DNA of 64,000 bases from Candidatus Obscuribacterales bacterium (GTDB lineage Bacteria; Cyanobacteriota; Vampirovibrionia; Obscuribacterales; Obscuribacteraceae), in the NCBI GenBank assembly GCA_965228855.1, contig CBDDIJ010000003.1:3360001-3424000 (forward strand), in the 5' to 3' direction. Shown piece after piece: positions 50,828 to 63,200 of the stretch. Made by a program: the position numbers and the translations under genes. Under the pieces are notes generated by a model. It did not search any database. It was not told the DNA's origin and saw only the letters and a list, made by a program, of their open reading frames with translations. How positions within the stretch are numbered: the first letter of the stretch is position 1; each line of letters starts with the position of its first letter.

Positions 50828-52723
50828 ATGAGCGAACAGGACACAATAACAAAGGAGATGTTCGCGTCATTAGTATTGAACCTGCTAAGCGAGGCAGGTG
50901 AATCCAATTGGGCCGTTAGCTATAGTAGCTTTTCAGTGGCTTCGAACAATGGCGAAGGTCCTCAGTTCATGAGCCTCGCGCGTATGTATCACGAGTACCT
51001 GACACTCGAAAGTCCCGACAACTTTCTTACTCTGAATAAACAAATCAATCTTTTGTTGAACGCTCGTCACTCTAATCGCGAGATGGATACGAAACTGGCA
51101 TCGCTTTTGCCATGCGTGCGCACCCTCTCAAGTTTTCAGCAAGCAAATATCACCTTTCGGAAACAGCCGTCGTATTCCGCCGAGAAAGAGATCATATTCT
51201 TTCCTTACGCAGAAGTTCTGGCTATGGGTCTTGTTTTCGACGATCCTGAGACGATGAAGCATCTGCGCTTTATCGATGTCGAGGAACTCGGACTGGAAGT
51301 CGAAGATGCGATAGACATAGCCGTGGGCAATTTGCGTACTATTAGCGCGGGTCCAATGCGAGTAGTGCAGCCCGGTTTTTACACATCGCCATGGAAAGAC
51401 TTTTACGACGGTTCGCGCTTGATGCTGCCGGAACTATTCGAAGAGCTTGAGGTAGCGGGCGATGTGGTAGCCCTTTCGCCTGCGCCGGATGCCCTCTTTG
51501 TTACAGGCTCGAAGGATTTGATTGGTTTGGAGCTGATGTCCGCACTCGGTCAAAGCCTGATGCGTCACCCCCGTTCAGTTTGGTGCATGCCGCTGGTGTT
51601 GAAGGATGGCGTTTGGCAGGCATTCGTGGTCCAACCTGATGATGCCGCATTTGATACCATCAATACTTACAGAATGAATGTGCTCAACAGTTTATATCAA
51701 TCACAAGAAGGTATGCTTGAAGATGTGGCGAAGGATACTGGCGCATTTATCGCTCCATTTGTAATTGAAACGGATGCAAACCGCGATTATCTGTTTAGTA
51801 AAACGAATGTGATTGAGGAAAAGGTTTGCATCATACCGGAAGCAGATGTAATCGAGTTCTTCACACGGGAGCATAGTGGTATCCGCGACTGCGTCGGACG
51901 CGCTCCGCTTGAAACTGTTTCGCAAATCCTCGGCGATAAACTCGTGCCGGATACGGCCTTTCGGCCAAAACGCTGGCACCTGAGCCAGTTTCCATCGAGC
52001 GATGATTTGCGCGCGATAGGCATGATGCCACCACATCAATCCCCGCTGCAATCAACGACGGTAGCTGACCTGACCGTGCTCACTCGCTTGTTCTCGCTCC
52101 CCGTACCGGAAGGGACTAGAATAGATTCAGCACTACGGTCAAACAACGACAACAACGAACTATCAATCGACTTTGTGATTTCATGCACGCCGGTTGATTT
52201 GAGTGCATTCTACTTAAAGCGATTGCCGATAGGTAGCTACATGATGATTGGGACGGAACAAGGCGATTTCCATGTTGCTGAATTGATTGGCGCCGGCTGC
52301 AAGAGAGAGATCTGGTTTGGCCCAAGTAGAAAGCGAGGTGAGACGCTTCTGCGCTGGGTAAAACGTTTAAACCTAGACACACCAAGCGTCCTCACGGCCC
52401 TGACAAAGCAGACAGACGAACTCTATTCCCTCGAACAGCTCTTTGAGATGTCGATTATCAATGATTCCAGCCCGCAGGGTGATCTGCGAATAACCGAGAA
52501 AAATGTGCGTCAAAACTTCATCACTTCGCACAGTCCTGAAGCAGTTACAGAATTCTTTCGCTGCCAGATGTCGGCGATGAAAACGGTTTACATGCAGCCA
52601 GAGCACGGGAGCCCCCATTTGATTCTCGACCCGGCGCTCGGAATATCCGTCACGGTAAAGTCGAGCCAATCATCACAAGGGACCCAGTACTGGCTCTCGA
52701 AAGACTTGAAATCCACTAAATAG
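50828..52723 (+). CDS. Hypothetical protein with DUF1444-like N-terminal region
   Basis: LVFDDPETM...AVGNLR...YDGSRLMLP...P.PDALFVT pattern; ATG after AAGGA. Confidence 0.72.
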   Translation: MSEQDTITKEMFASLVLNLLSEAGESNWAVSYSSFSVASNNGEGPQFMSLARMYHEYLTLESPDNFLTLNKQINLLLNARHSNREMDTKLASLLPCVRTLSSFQQANITFRKQPSYSAEKEIIFFPYAEVLAMGLVFDDPETMKHLRFIDVEELGLEVEDAIDIAVGNLRTISAGPMRVVQPGFYTSPWKDFYDGSRLMLPELFEELEVAGDVVALSPAPDALFVTGSKDLIGLELMSALGQSLMRHPRSVWCMPLVLKDGVWQAFVVQPDDAAFDTINTYRMNVLNSLYQSQEGMLEDVAKDTGAFIAPFVIETDANRDYLFSKTNVIEEKVCIIPEADVIEFFTREHSGIRDCVGRAPLETVSQILGDKLVPDTAFRPKRWHLSQFPSSDDLRAIGMMPPHQSPLQSTTVADLTVLTRLFSLPVPEGTRIDSALRSNNDNNELSIDFVISCTPVDLSAFYLKRLPIGSYMMIGTEQGDFHVAELIGAGCKREIWFGPSRKRGETLLRWVKRLNLDTPSVLTALTKQTDELYSLEQLFEMSIINDSSPQGDLRITEKNVRQNFITSHSPEAVTEFFRCQMSAMKTVYMQPEHGSPHLILDPALGISVTVKSSQSSQGTQYWLSKDLKSTK

Positions 52724-52827
52724 AACCGGCTCTTGGCAGGAAGAAACTGCGCCAGCCCCGTGAATGAAATTGCACACAACGAGGTACAATCTCATCGAGT
52801 CGAGGTTCTCCTCATAGGTGTTTTAAG

Positions 52828-53688
52828 ATGGCTTTTAAGAAACGGATAGCACTAGCTCTGGGCATATTTCTAACCAGTCAATCTAATGCGGCACTCGCAG
52901 TAATGACCGCAGACGATAAAGGGAATCCGGTTGTTCAACAATTGATCAACCGTGCAGTTAGTTTTGCCAAAGCCGGACGAACGCAAGAAGCTGATGAAAA
53001 CTACAGATCTGCGTACAAACAAGCGCAAATTTTAAAGCTTCCGGAAGGCTGGCAGACCATTCGAATCTACGAGGGTTTGCGCGACCTGAATTTGAAACAA
53101 AAGAAGTACGATCAAGCAATCGAGTATGCAAAAAAGATTACTCAGCTGGATCAAAATCGCTTTGGCGAACAGAACATCCTGGTAGCCGAAGATCAAAAGA
53201 AAGTTGCCGACTTGCAATTCGAACAAGGGAAGTGGGATGAAGCCAGGCAATCATACTCAGATGCGATTGCCACCGCGACTGGTGCCCCTTCTTTTGGTTA
53301 TGGTTTTGCAGGAGTCAACGCCAAAGATCCCGTAGCCCACGCAGCAAAGGTGGCGTCGAACCAGAACGCAAAACGCACGCTCCTGACCTATGCTTATGAT
53401 GGGCTCACCAAGTGTTTGGATAAACTCGACGATATCACGACAACAGAAGACTTGTACGTCTCAACCATTCATCAGTTGTCGCAAGTGAAGGATACCGAGG
53501 TGCCGAAAAATGGTTTGCGAACAATGGTGCTCAGCAGATACCATGCCTATCTCGACTCGATACAACGTCCGGATGATGCGATCGCGCTGGATACGGAATT
53601 GACGGAGATGAATCGTAGACAAGAAGCCAACCGTGTTTACGAGGCTCCGAAATTTCGACCCGAAGGTGCGCCGATACCTGGCAGATAA
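52828..53688 (+). CDS. Secreted TPR protein
   Basis: Signal peptide ending ALA; TPR repeats. Confidence 0.82.
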   Translation: MAFKKRIALALGIFLTSQSNAALAVMTADDKGNPVVQQLINRAVSFAKAGRTQEADENYRSAYKQAQILKLPEGWQTIRIYEGLRDLNLKQKKYDQAIEYAKKITQLDQNRFGEQNILVAEDQKKVADLQFEQGKWDEARQSYSDAIATATGAPSFGYGFAGVNAKDPVAHAAKVASNQNAKRTLLTYAYDGLTKCLDKLDDITTTEDLYVSTIHQLSQVKDTEVPKNGLRTMVLSRYHAYLDSIQRPDDAIALDTELTEMNRRQEANRVYEAPKFRPEGAPIPGR

Positions 53689-53724
53689 CTTCAGAGCACT
53701 TCGAACCGATTTCAGAAACTTCCG

Positions 53725-55320
53725 CTAATCGCGCTCGCGCTCCGAACTTTCCTCGCGTTCACGCTCGAGTTGGTGCCGACGCGCCTCGCGCTCGCGCTCG
53801 AGCTGGTGTTCACGTTCCTTACGTTCCTTTCTTTCTAATCGCCGACGCTTATCTTCTTCGTCGTCATCGTCATCATCATCGTCGTCATCGTCGTCATCCT
53901 CATCTTTGTTTCGTTCCGAATCAGTCGCACGTCTACTACTTCTCTCATTTTCTTCTTCTCGCTTCAGATTTTCTTGAGCCTTCTCTTCGACAACTCCATT
54001 ACTACGTTTGAAATCGTCGGTTCCGACATTCCCGCTAGCCGCATCGCGTTTTGGCTTACCGGCATTTCTCAAGACCGTACGAGCAGCATCACGCTCTGCG
54101 GCTTCCTTCTCCTCGCCTGCCTTTTCCAGCGCCGCTTGCGCAGCCGCCTGTCGTGCAGCTTTATCAAGCTCGGTTGAAGACAGATCGTCGGGCAACGCGG
54201 GAGTCTGCGTTTTTGAAACAGGAGACTCAACGGGCGACGCGAGAGTCGGCGTTGTGGAAACCGGAGACTCAACGGGCAACGCGGGAGTCTGCCTTTTTGA
54301 AACAGGAGACTCAACGGGCGACGCGAGAGTCGGCGTTGTTGAAACCGGAGACTCAACGGGCGACGCGGGAGTCGGCGTTGTGGAAACGGAAGACTCGACA
54401 GGCGACGCGGGAGTCGGCGTTGTGGAAACGGGAGACTCGACGGGCGACGCGGACATCGGATTTGTCATCGTCGCCGGACTCGGAGTATCTGCAATCACCA
54501 GTGGTGGCACAACCGGCTGACCCATCTCATGAATCGAAGCAATAATTCCGCCTACCGGCTCATATGTTTTAGGTGCAATAGTGGAATTGACATTCTTTAC
54601 GACCCCCATTTTGCCCGCGCTGATAATAGATTCATGGTGACCTTGAGCGTTGGCCGGTCCGAAAGAACAACCAAGGAGATTGACCCACATGTTCTTCTCG
54701 ACCGAGTGAATTTTGAATCCCTTGATCTCAGTGGCCCTTACGGTGCCATCGGCATCCTCTACGATTTTGAAAGTGCACTCTTTCTCAAGACCCATCTGAT
54801 CGATTTTGTCGCTGTTCAACGTCTTTTCGAAACGCTGCGGGAGAGCAATTGTGACAGCGTAACTCGTCCCGCTCTTTAAAATGGTGATGACAGCAGAATT
54901 ACCTTTGAGCGTGTTGGCCGAACCCGGTCCTAACTTATCGAGATCGACGATTTTGCAATCCTTAGATAGTTCGAAGAACTCGGAGTTAACCTCTGGGTCG
55001 CCGGACCCGATTGCTTTGCAGATGGCAATCGCCTTATTGAGATGCTGACCGGCTTCACCGTATTTCTGATTGTGCCTGCAAGACTGCGCAAGACGCTTCA
55101 GGGCGATCGCGTAAGTCTGATTGTCCGTATTGCCGGCGCTCTCCAATTCCTTCACGGCCTTCAAGAAACTAGCTTCAGCTTTAGACCAATCACCTGAATC
55201 CGCGGCTTGCTGACCCGATTGAAGATATTTATCAGCACGTCCGACCTCGGCAGAGACTTCCGAAACACTCATGCAGAGAAGCAAAGCTATGCTCACCGTC
55301 GACCAGTAATTTCGCTTCAT
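53725..55320 (-). CDS. Secreted TPR protein with Pro/Ser/Thr repeats and acidic/charged tail
   Basis: Signal peptide, TPRs, 14-aa repeats, poly-Asp tract and Glu/Arg-rich C-terminus. Confidence 0.82.
   Translation of the reverse strand: MKRNYWSTVSIALLLCMSVSEVSAEVGRADKYLQSGQQAADSGDWSKAEASFLKAVKELESAGNTDNQTYAIALKRLAQSCRHNQKYGEAGQHLNKAIAICKAIGSGDPEVNSEFFELSKDCKIVDLDKLGPGSANTLKGNSAVITILKSGTSYAVTIALPQRFEKTLNSDKIDQMGLEKECTFKIVEDADGTVRATEIKGFKIHSVEKNMWVNLLGCSFGPANAQGHHESIISAGKMGVVKNVNSTIAPKTYEPVGGIIASIHEMGQPVVPPLVIADTPSPATMTNPMSASPVESPVSTTPTPASPVESSVSTTPTPASPVESPVSTTPTLASPVESPVSKRQTPALPVESPVSTTPTLASPVESPVSKTQTPALPDDLSSTELDKAARQAAAQAALEKAGEEKEAAERDAARTVLRNAGKPKRDAASGNVGTDDFKRSNGVVEEKAQENLKREEENERSSRRATDSERNKDEDDDDDDDDDDDDDEEDKRRRLERKERKEREHQLEREREARRHQLEREREESSERERD
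54190..54450 (-). repeat. 42-bp coding tandem repeat x6 (ASPVESPVSTTPTP)
   Basis: Visible in both the DNA and the translation. Confidence 0.9.
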
Positions 55321-55524
55321 AGGACCTCTTGACACAATCCGGGTGATACTTTGAACCGAATATTCTACCCGAAGAAGATCACCCACCCCCTGAGGTGCCA
55401 CAGGCACGAGGTTTCAAAAGATCATCCCTGCCAGTCACCCAAATTAGCGATTTAAAACGGTTCACAAAACTGTACTGTTGGGTTATGGCAAATTTCAGCC
55501 GACCGGAAACCGTGCAGGACAGTC

Positions 55525-57039
55525 ATGGAAAATGTGGAGATATTTATGCATTCGACAGATCCTATTTCGGTGCTCCTGGTAGAGGATCAAAACTTTCTCA
55601 GGCTAGGAATAAAAACCTCAATCCTCTCAGACCAATCAATTTCGATCGTCGGCGAAGCTACCAATGGCGAAGAGGCAGTCAGTAAGGCGATAAACCTGAA
55701 TCCGGACGTCATCCTCATGGACATCGGTATGCCGGTAATGGACGGAATTGAGTCATCGCGAATGATCCGAAGAAACAACAAACGATCCAAAATAATAATG
55801 CTCACTTCTAATGACAGCGACAGCGCAGTTCAATCAGCATTGTCGTCGGGAGCTAGCGGATATTGCCTTAAAGATGTCGACGGAGAGCGGCTCTGCTCCG
55901 CCATCAAGGCGGTGCACCGCGGAGACGTCTGGCTCGATTCAGGTATTGCCGACAAGGTTTTAAACCTTTGCGCTCGTAGTGGGGCACACGCGGCAGTGGA
56001 ACAGTTGGAAGGAACGGTCAGTTTGAGCGACTTGGAACGAGAGGTTTTACAGATTCTTCTATCGGGCGCGACGCCGCAAGGCATAGCCAAAGACTTGAAC
56101 ATCTCGGATGGAATTGCCAAGTCGAAGATACTCAGTATTCTAAATAAGTTGTCTAAAGGCGGCAGCGATACCGACTTCACCACGAACACCGACACCGTCA
56201 AAACTAGAGCTGTTCAATCCGGCGAAACACTGAGTGACAAATATGAACAATGTGGCGTTCTCGGACAAGGAGGCATGAGCGTTGTCTATAAGGCTAGACA
56301 CAGAATGCTCGACAAGTACTTTGCGATTAAGATTCTTTCGGAGAATTTTCACCATGGCGCTTCGTTTGAAGCACGGTTTATGCAGGAAGGCAAAATTACA
56401 AGCCAGCTTTCGCATCGAAACATAATCGGAATTCACGATGTCGGATTTACTGCCTACGGTGCACCGTTCCTCGTGATGGACTTCGAAAGTGGGCCCACAC
56501 TGGCCGACATACTGGCTAAAGAAAAGCAGATTAAAGAAACCTACGCGCGTCCTTTATTCAAACAAATCGTCGACGGCCTGGCGCACGCACATTCGCGGGG
56601 GGTTGTGCACCGCGACATAAAACCAAGCAACATAATCCTTTCGAAAGGCGAAGACGGACATTCGACCGTGAAAATATTGGATTTTGGCTTAGCCAAAATG
56701 ATTGCGCAAGATCCATTGCTAGACCAAAGTTTAACGCAGTCAGGGCAAGTCTTCGGCAGTCCAATTTACATGAGCCCCGAACAGTGCCGAGGTGACCTCG
56801 TCGATCAAAGAACGGACATTTATGCGCTCGGATGCCTGATGTACGAAGTTATTTGTGGAAAACCTCCGTTCAAAGGTGGCACCGCTATTGATACCATGAC
56901 GATGCACCTGAGTGAGGAGGCAGCACCGCCGGATCAGAGCCTTTGCTCTCCGACCATGCGTGGAATCCTTTACACGTGCCTGCGCAAAAATCCCAGCGAA
57001 CGCTTCAGTAGCGTCAGTCAAATTCGCGAGCTGCTCTAG
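55525..57039 (+). CDS. NarL-type response regulator (REC plus LuxR-like HTH) fused to a Hanks-type Ser/Thr kinase
   Basis: LLVEDQ, LMDIGMP, YCLKD; LSDLEREVL; LGQGGMS, AIK, HRDIKPSN, DFG and YMSPEQ. Confidence 0.93.
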   Translation: MENVEIFMHSTDPISVLLVEDQNFLRLGIKTSILSDQSISIVGEATNGEEAVSKAINLNPDVILMDIGMPVMDGIESSRMIRRNNKRSKIIMLTSNDSDSAVQSALSSGASGYCLKDVDGERLCSAIKAVHRGDVWLDSGIADKVLNLCARSGAHAAVEQLEGTVSLSDLEREVLQILLSGATPQGIAKDLNISDGIAKSKILSILNKLSKGGSDTDFTTNTDTVKTRAVQSGETLSDKYEQCGVLGQGGMSVVYKARHRMLDKYFAIKILSENFHHGASFEARFMQEGKITSQLSHRNIIGIHDVGFTAYGAPFLVMDFESGPTLADILAKEKQIKETYARPLFKQIVDGLAHAHSRGVVHRDIKPSNIILSKGEDGHSTVKILDFGLAKMIAQDPLLDQSLTQSGQVFGSPIYMSPEQCRGDLVDQRTDIYALGCLMYEVICGKPPFKGGTAIDTMTMHLSEEAAPPDQSLCSPTMRGILYTCLRKNPSERFSSVSQIRELL

Positions 57040-57270
57040 GAGCTTTGAACTTTCTCATTAAGTTGCACAGGCATTACAAATAGATGCTTTTCAGGCTTTT
57101 GTCGAGTACAATCTGACAACTCCTGGCGTTTCTACTGAGTTCAAACTCATCGGGCGAGTTCGCCGATAAGCGCGTGTTTTTGCGTTCGACAGTGAGCGCA
57201 ACTATGGAAAACCGCGCCGACACTTTCCCCGTGAAACAGCTGGAACCATTCGTCCTTTGGGAGGGGCATA

Positions 57271-60200
57271 ATGAGTTGGCAAAGTACGCCTGCGTCTAGA
57301 AGATTGGTTTTAACATCGATGTTCTGCCTGGTATCCACTCAGCAGGCGCATGCCGCCCAGGAGCAACTCGGGAGACACAATAGCGATCACGCAGCGCGAG
57401 CACAGAATCAGCTCGCCGCGGAGGCGCGACGCGAAGCAATGGAGCAAGCTCGCGAAGCACTGCACGGCGCTCGGGAAGCCATGAATAACGCTCGCAGGTC
57501 GCAAATAGAATTGCGAACTCCTGGTTTCAACGCCGTTGAGAGTAATCGTGCCGCACGCATAGAGCTCCGCGAAGATTATCGCCAGACACGTAGAGAATTG
57601 CGGCTCGAACATACTCTTTTGCACAATGCATCGCGTGACGCAGGAAATAAAACATTGGCGAGTTCCCCGCGTCTCAATTCAAAGTCTAACGAATCGGCTG
57701 GAAGTAAGCACTTAAACAAGAGTGCGGGTCGTACTTCAACGCGAGAGACTCGACCGCCGAGCGCTGTCAGCACCATATCCGATACCGGCGCTCTCGACAG
57801 AGTCATTGATCTGGATTTGACCTCGGCGGACTCGAACATCGTGCTTGGGCGAAAAATGTTTCGCGGCGAAGATTCGGTAACTATAAGAGTAGGTGCCGAG
57901 GACAAAACCTTTTCAGCCGGATCACAAGTTACCGCAGCTGAGTATGTCGCAATTCGGCAAAAACTTGACGGCGGCTCGCAGCTTCTGGAACTCAACGCTC
58001 AAGGTTCAGCGATCGGCGGCTCTTTCGAACTCGATACTGTAGTATCGCGGCAAGTGGACGACCTCGTCATTCCAGCGAATGTGTCCGGCATCGAATATTT
58101 CACGCGCAACAATTCCACCATTCGCGTCGGCGGCGACCTCACCAATTATGGTTCTCTGATAGCGGCCTCCGCTAAGAAGAATGTTGACAGTGGCACTATC
58201 GCCGGCAACAACATTTTCAATATGGAAAACGGAATCATTGCAACCGGATTTCCTGAGCAAATGGACGTTACGATAATTTCGGGTGGCGGCGGAAGCATCG
58301 ACATCGGCGGAGGCTCCCCACAACCAGAACAACCGGAGCCACAGTTCAGGAACTCACTGAACTTGAATTTGACTCTGAAAGCCGACGATGACATCGTTAA
58401 TCTCGGGAAAATCGCAAGCAATCGCGCAATTAACATCGAAGCCGGTGGCTCAATCGTTAACGGGACTGCAGGACAAGTCAGCTACGAACCGATAGTAGAA
58501 CCACCGACCGGACCTTCGGACAACGGGTCAATTATTGCAAGCGGTTCTATCACTCTCATCGGTTCCTCTGGTGGTGGCATAAACCTGCCGGGCGGCAAAA
58601 TCTACTACCTACAGGATGATCCGGTCTACCGTCAACGCGAGTTATTAAACGGGTCAATCACCGCCCGCGGTGACATCAACCTCTCATCCGGCAACGGCAG
58701 CTTAACCAACTACGGAAATATTACCGCTGGTTCCAACCACGAATATCCACGCGACATCAACGTAACCACTCCCGGCAAAGCAACGGACGTCAATATCGAG
58801 GGGACAGGCGGAGTCTTCAGAACAGACTTCGGCAACATCAACGTGCGCGACGCATCCTACAAAGGTGCATCGAATATCAACATGGTCGGCGGAGACTATC
58901 TCTCGAAACAGCTCAATCTATTTTCGGGAAGCGGCACCATTGAAGGAAACGTCGGCAAAGTCACCGGAACATTGAATACTGTCGCCGGCATCGAGCACTT
59001 CTACGCTGCGACTGAAATGCTCACTATTGGCAATAACTGCATAACCGGAGATCCGACGTTCGCGAACACTACCGGAGACATTCAGATTGTCGGATTAAAC
59101 ACCTTCGGCGAAGCGGTTGCATTTCTTGCAAATGGCAACATCACCGCAGACAGTAGCGCGCAAATAGTCGCAAACGGTTTCAACGTTTATATGATCGCAG
59201 GAGCAGCGATAACGGTGAGCGCAGGTCCGGAAACAAACAGCGTTCCCGGCACTGCAATTGGCGCGGGAACCACAGCAACAGTAGATTTCAGCAACGGCAA
59301 CGGTGGGTCAATAAATCTGTCGACCAGTAATGCCGGCACCATAATCGATACCAGCAGTTCCACCGGCAACGGCGGCGATATCGTTCTTGCCGCGAGAAGC
59401 AACGGCACAGTCGGCGGTTACGTCGTGCTAGACGTTGGCACGACGATCGATTCGAGCTCGACGTTTGCCGATGCGAATGGCGGAAGTATCACTGTACTCG
59501 CCGGCGCCAATCCAGTCACTGCGGCCCCGAGCATTCAAGGTGGTAATTTCCTTTCGAGCGCGCTCTCCGGGACCGGCACCGCGGGCACCATCACGTTAGC
59601 CACAGCGCAGCCGACAGCGACAGGCGGCACCTCTATCACGTTCGACAGCTTCGGTCAGGTGACAGCAGGCGGTCCGGTCGTTGCTCAAGCTCTCGCACCG
59701 AACGCTCAAATCAACATTGGAACCGTAACCGCTCAATCGTTTTCATCAGCCAATACAGTCAATATATCCGCTGGAGACTCCGTTATCACTGGAGCGATCA
59801 CTGCAGCAAATGATGTGACTATTTCAAGCGGAGTCAGCATCGACGCGTCCTCGATTGTATCTGGCGGCAACGTATTCCTGACCACTCCAGTGCTAATAAA
59901 TGATGGCACGATTACTTCCAGTAAGACGGGCGGATTGATTACGGTTCAAAATGCGGCCGGTCTATCACTGGGTGGAACAGGCAGCATCTCGCTAACTGGC
60001 GGCGGTGCCGGCGTCATCCTTCTCGACGCGGGAGCAAACAATGCACTGGCATTTACCACGTCGCATACATTCAACCCCGGCGCAAGCGGCTCACTGACCT
60101 GGCTTTCAGAAGATGAGGGTGGCTCTATCACGATCGCTCCAGCAATCACGCTGACCGTGAACGATGGTGGCACTCTGAACATCGGAACACCGAAACTGCG

Positions 60201-63200
60201 CTTCCTTGGCAACGGCTCGCTAATCGACGCAGCCATGGCCTCGACTATCAATATAAACTCCGGTGGGGGTCCGAACTCGCTTACGATAGAACTCCCAGAT
60301 AACGGAACAGCTACGATTGTCACCACAGGCGGCACCATAAACATCGAGCCGACTGACGGCATGGACTTGTCCTTCACCAATCCTGGTGGCACCGGTCTAG
60401 CCGAGCTGAATCTGAACGGCGGTCCCGTTTTTACTGAAACATCCGCAGCCTCGACCTTTGTGAATGAAGGCGTGGCCTTGCGCTCCAATAATGCGCTTAC
60501 AATGGACGCGGGAAGCGGCGGAGGAATTAACGGATACGGTTTTCAACCCTACGTTGGCGATTATTTCAATGGCAATATGTTGCCGCAGTTTAACGCCTAC
60601 GACTTAGCCACTGTAAAAGCGCTTCTTCAGCAGTTAAAAGACGATGGCATAACAAATGTTTCCACCTACGGTCAGGGTAGTTTCACTTTCGCTGGAACGT
60701 TTTATGGTCCCGATACCTCCTCGGCAGGGTCGAACAAATACATAATTCAAGCAGCATACGAGCTTGGAATGACGGTCTCCGCCGGCGCGTTTCAACAAGA
60801 TCTCGTCGGCGATAATTTCGATATCAACAAAACTAAAGTCGAAATTCAATACATTCTCGACCAGGCGCAGAAATATCCTGGCACAGTGAAGGAAATCATT
60901 GTCTGCAATGAGTCGATTATGGGTTTAAACTCAACCAATCAACTCATTCAGCTGATTAGTGATGCCAAAGTCATGCGCGATAACACACCAGTTTCGGCGG
61001 GCTCAGATACAAAATTCAATGCCTCGACGCTACCTATTACGACGAGACAACAGTGGGGTGCGCTCGCCGGTGTGGATTCATTGCCGAATGGTGACCCGCT
61101 TAAACCAGTAATGAAGACACTGGTCACCACAGTCGAAGGACATATTTATGGAAATATGTATGCGTACTTCGACGGAGCACTCCCACAAAGTTATAACACC
61201 GCACCGGACGGTCAAACGGCTTTCGTCACGGCTGTCACCAACAGTATGACGGGAACGCTGAACGCGTTTCGAACCGCCTTTTCCAATCAGGGCGTAGCGA
61301 CGGAAATTCGAATCGGTGAGACTGGCTGGCCGAGCCTCGGTCTTAGACTCGGACCGCTTCCTCCGGCTCCGGCTCTTGGTGATTTGACTTTGGCGAAGTG
61401 GTACTACCAGGCTATGCGTGAGTGGGCTGCGACAGCAAACGTCACCACTACTTACTTCCAGAGCTACGATCAACCGTGGCAAACAGTTCCACTAGCAAAT
61501 GTCCCGACCAGCGTCGGATCTAGTGAGGGATATTTTGGTTTGTACCGGGCTATCGGAAACAACACAACGACGCAATTCACTTTGACAAGCATAGAATCGA
61601 AATTCGGTCCTGGTGCGGTCAATTCGCTGGGCAGCAACACTCGTATGCTCTCGAACGACGGTATAATCGCCGCCAACAATGTGTCAATAGCGACGCAACG
61701 CTTAGACAACGATGGAACGATATCCGCATTGAGTTCAACAGGCGGAGTTGCGGTGAGTAGCGTTACAGATCTAGCAGTGGTAGGGTCCGGCACGGTAAAT
61801 CGCACCGGCGGCGGTACCGGTGGAATTTCATTCACCTCGGCGGGAGCCAACGACATCGTCGTCGAAGGAAATCACACCTTCGACGCAGGGGCGGGAAATC
61901 CGGTCGCATTCAATGCTATCGCAGACGGCGCCTCATTTACTCTTGCCCAGGGCGCGTCGATCAATCTGCCGACCAACAATACCGCATTCAGTATCAACGC
62001 AGAACATATCATTTATAACGGAACGATCAACGACAATAGTATCGTCAATCCCGGCACAACTGTAACCTTCAACTCTGCAGATTCAAGCACGATTTCGAAT
62101 AGCGTCGGTGACCTGGATCTGAAAGGCGTTACAGTAAACGTTGCTACCGGCCATCTCGCCATACTAGCGAAAGGCAGCATCATTAACACAGGAGAGACCG
62201 CAAATATAAACGTCTCTTCCAATGTTGGTGCTGGCGGTAACGTTCTTATGATTGCCGGTCATAGTTTCCAAACTATCGATTTGGACGGAGAAGATGCAGT
62301 CTACGCCCTCGATGATGTAAGTACGTCGTCCGGTAATGTAGTTCTCACCGCGGCGGGTCATGAGATAAACATCAATACCTCGGGCGCGACAGATGCAGGC
62401 AACATCGAAATTTATGCAAATGGTTCCATATCGCTAAATAACATCACCGCAACCGGTGGCACAGGTAGTGGTGGCAATCTTACGATCCGAGGCTCCGGAA
62501 TTACAGTTCAGGGAGCGATCGATACGGCGGGCGCAACCGGCAGTGGAAGCGGCTCCGTAGACCTGCAATCGGGCGTTGTCGTACACAGCGGCGTTGATGT
62601 ACATGGTGGCAGAACCGAAAGCGGTACATTCTCGTTGGCTTCGTTTGCAGGAGATATTACTGTCGGCGATATTGCGACCAGTGAAGGTTCAGTAAGGCTA
62701 CAAACAGATGGAACCGGCACAATCAGACTCACTGGCGCGACGCCCGTGGCTCACGACATCAGTTTATTAGCTGGAACTGGAACGCTTGATCTTCCAACGA
62801 ATACAATAACCGCAGTTGAGGACACTGCAGGAAACGGCGGCGAGGTTCGCGTCAGTGCCTCTGCATTCACAAATCCGGCCACAATAATATTGAATGCAAT
62901 AGGCACTAACACTGGCGGTGCCGCGCATTACATAAACACATCAACAACAGCGCAGCAGCTTGATTCGACAAAAGTCCAGATTCACGCAAGAGGAGCTAAC
63001 GGAGGCTCCGCAGAGATCACCACGGGTGGTGACCTTACAATTGTGTCAGACGGTATCTTTGATGTTCAGCCTACTGGTGCAAATGGAAACGGGGCAGCTA
63101 TCAGTATTACTGCTGGTGCACTCGCGCCGGGCAATCTGCTCGTGTCCGGCAGCTTAAACGCCGGAGCAATGGGAACCGGCATCGGCGGCACCATAGAGCT

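Noticed and set aside
54190..54450. Possible CRISPR array
   Set aside because: Contiguous in-frame coding repeats without unique spacers, and no cas genes. The same applies to 43312-43458.
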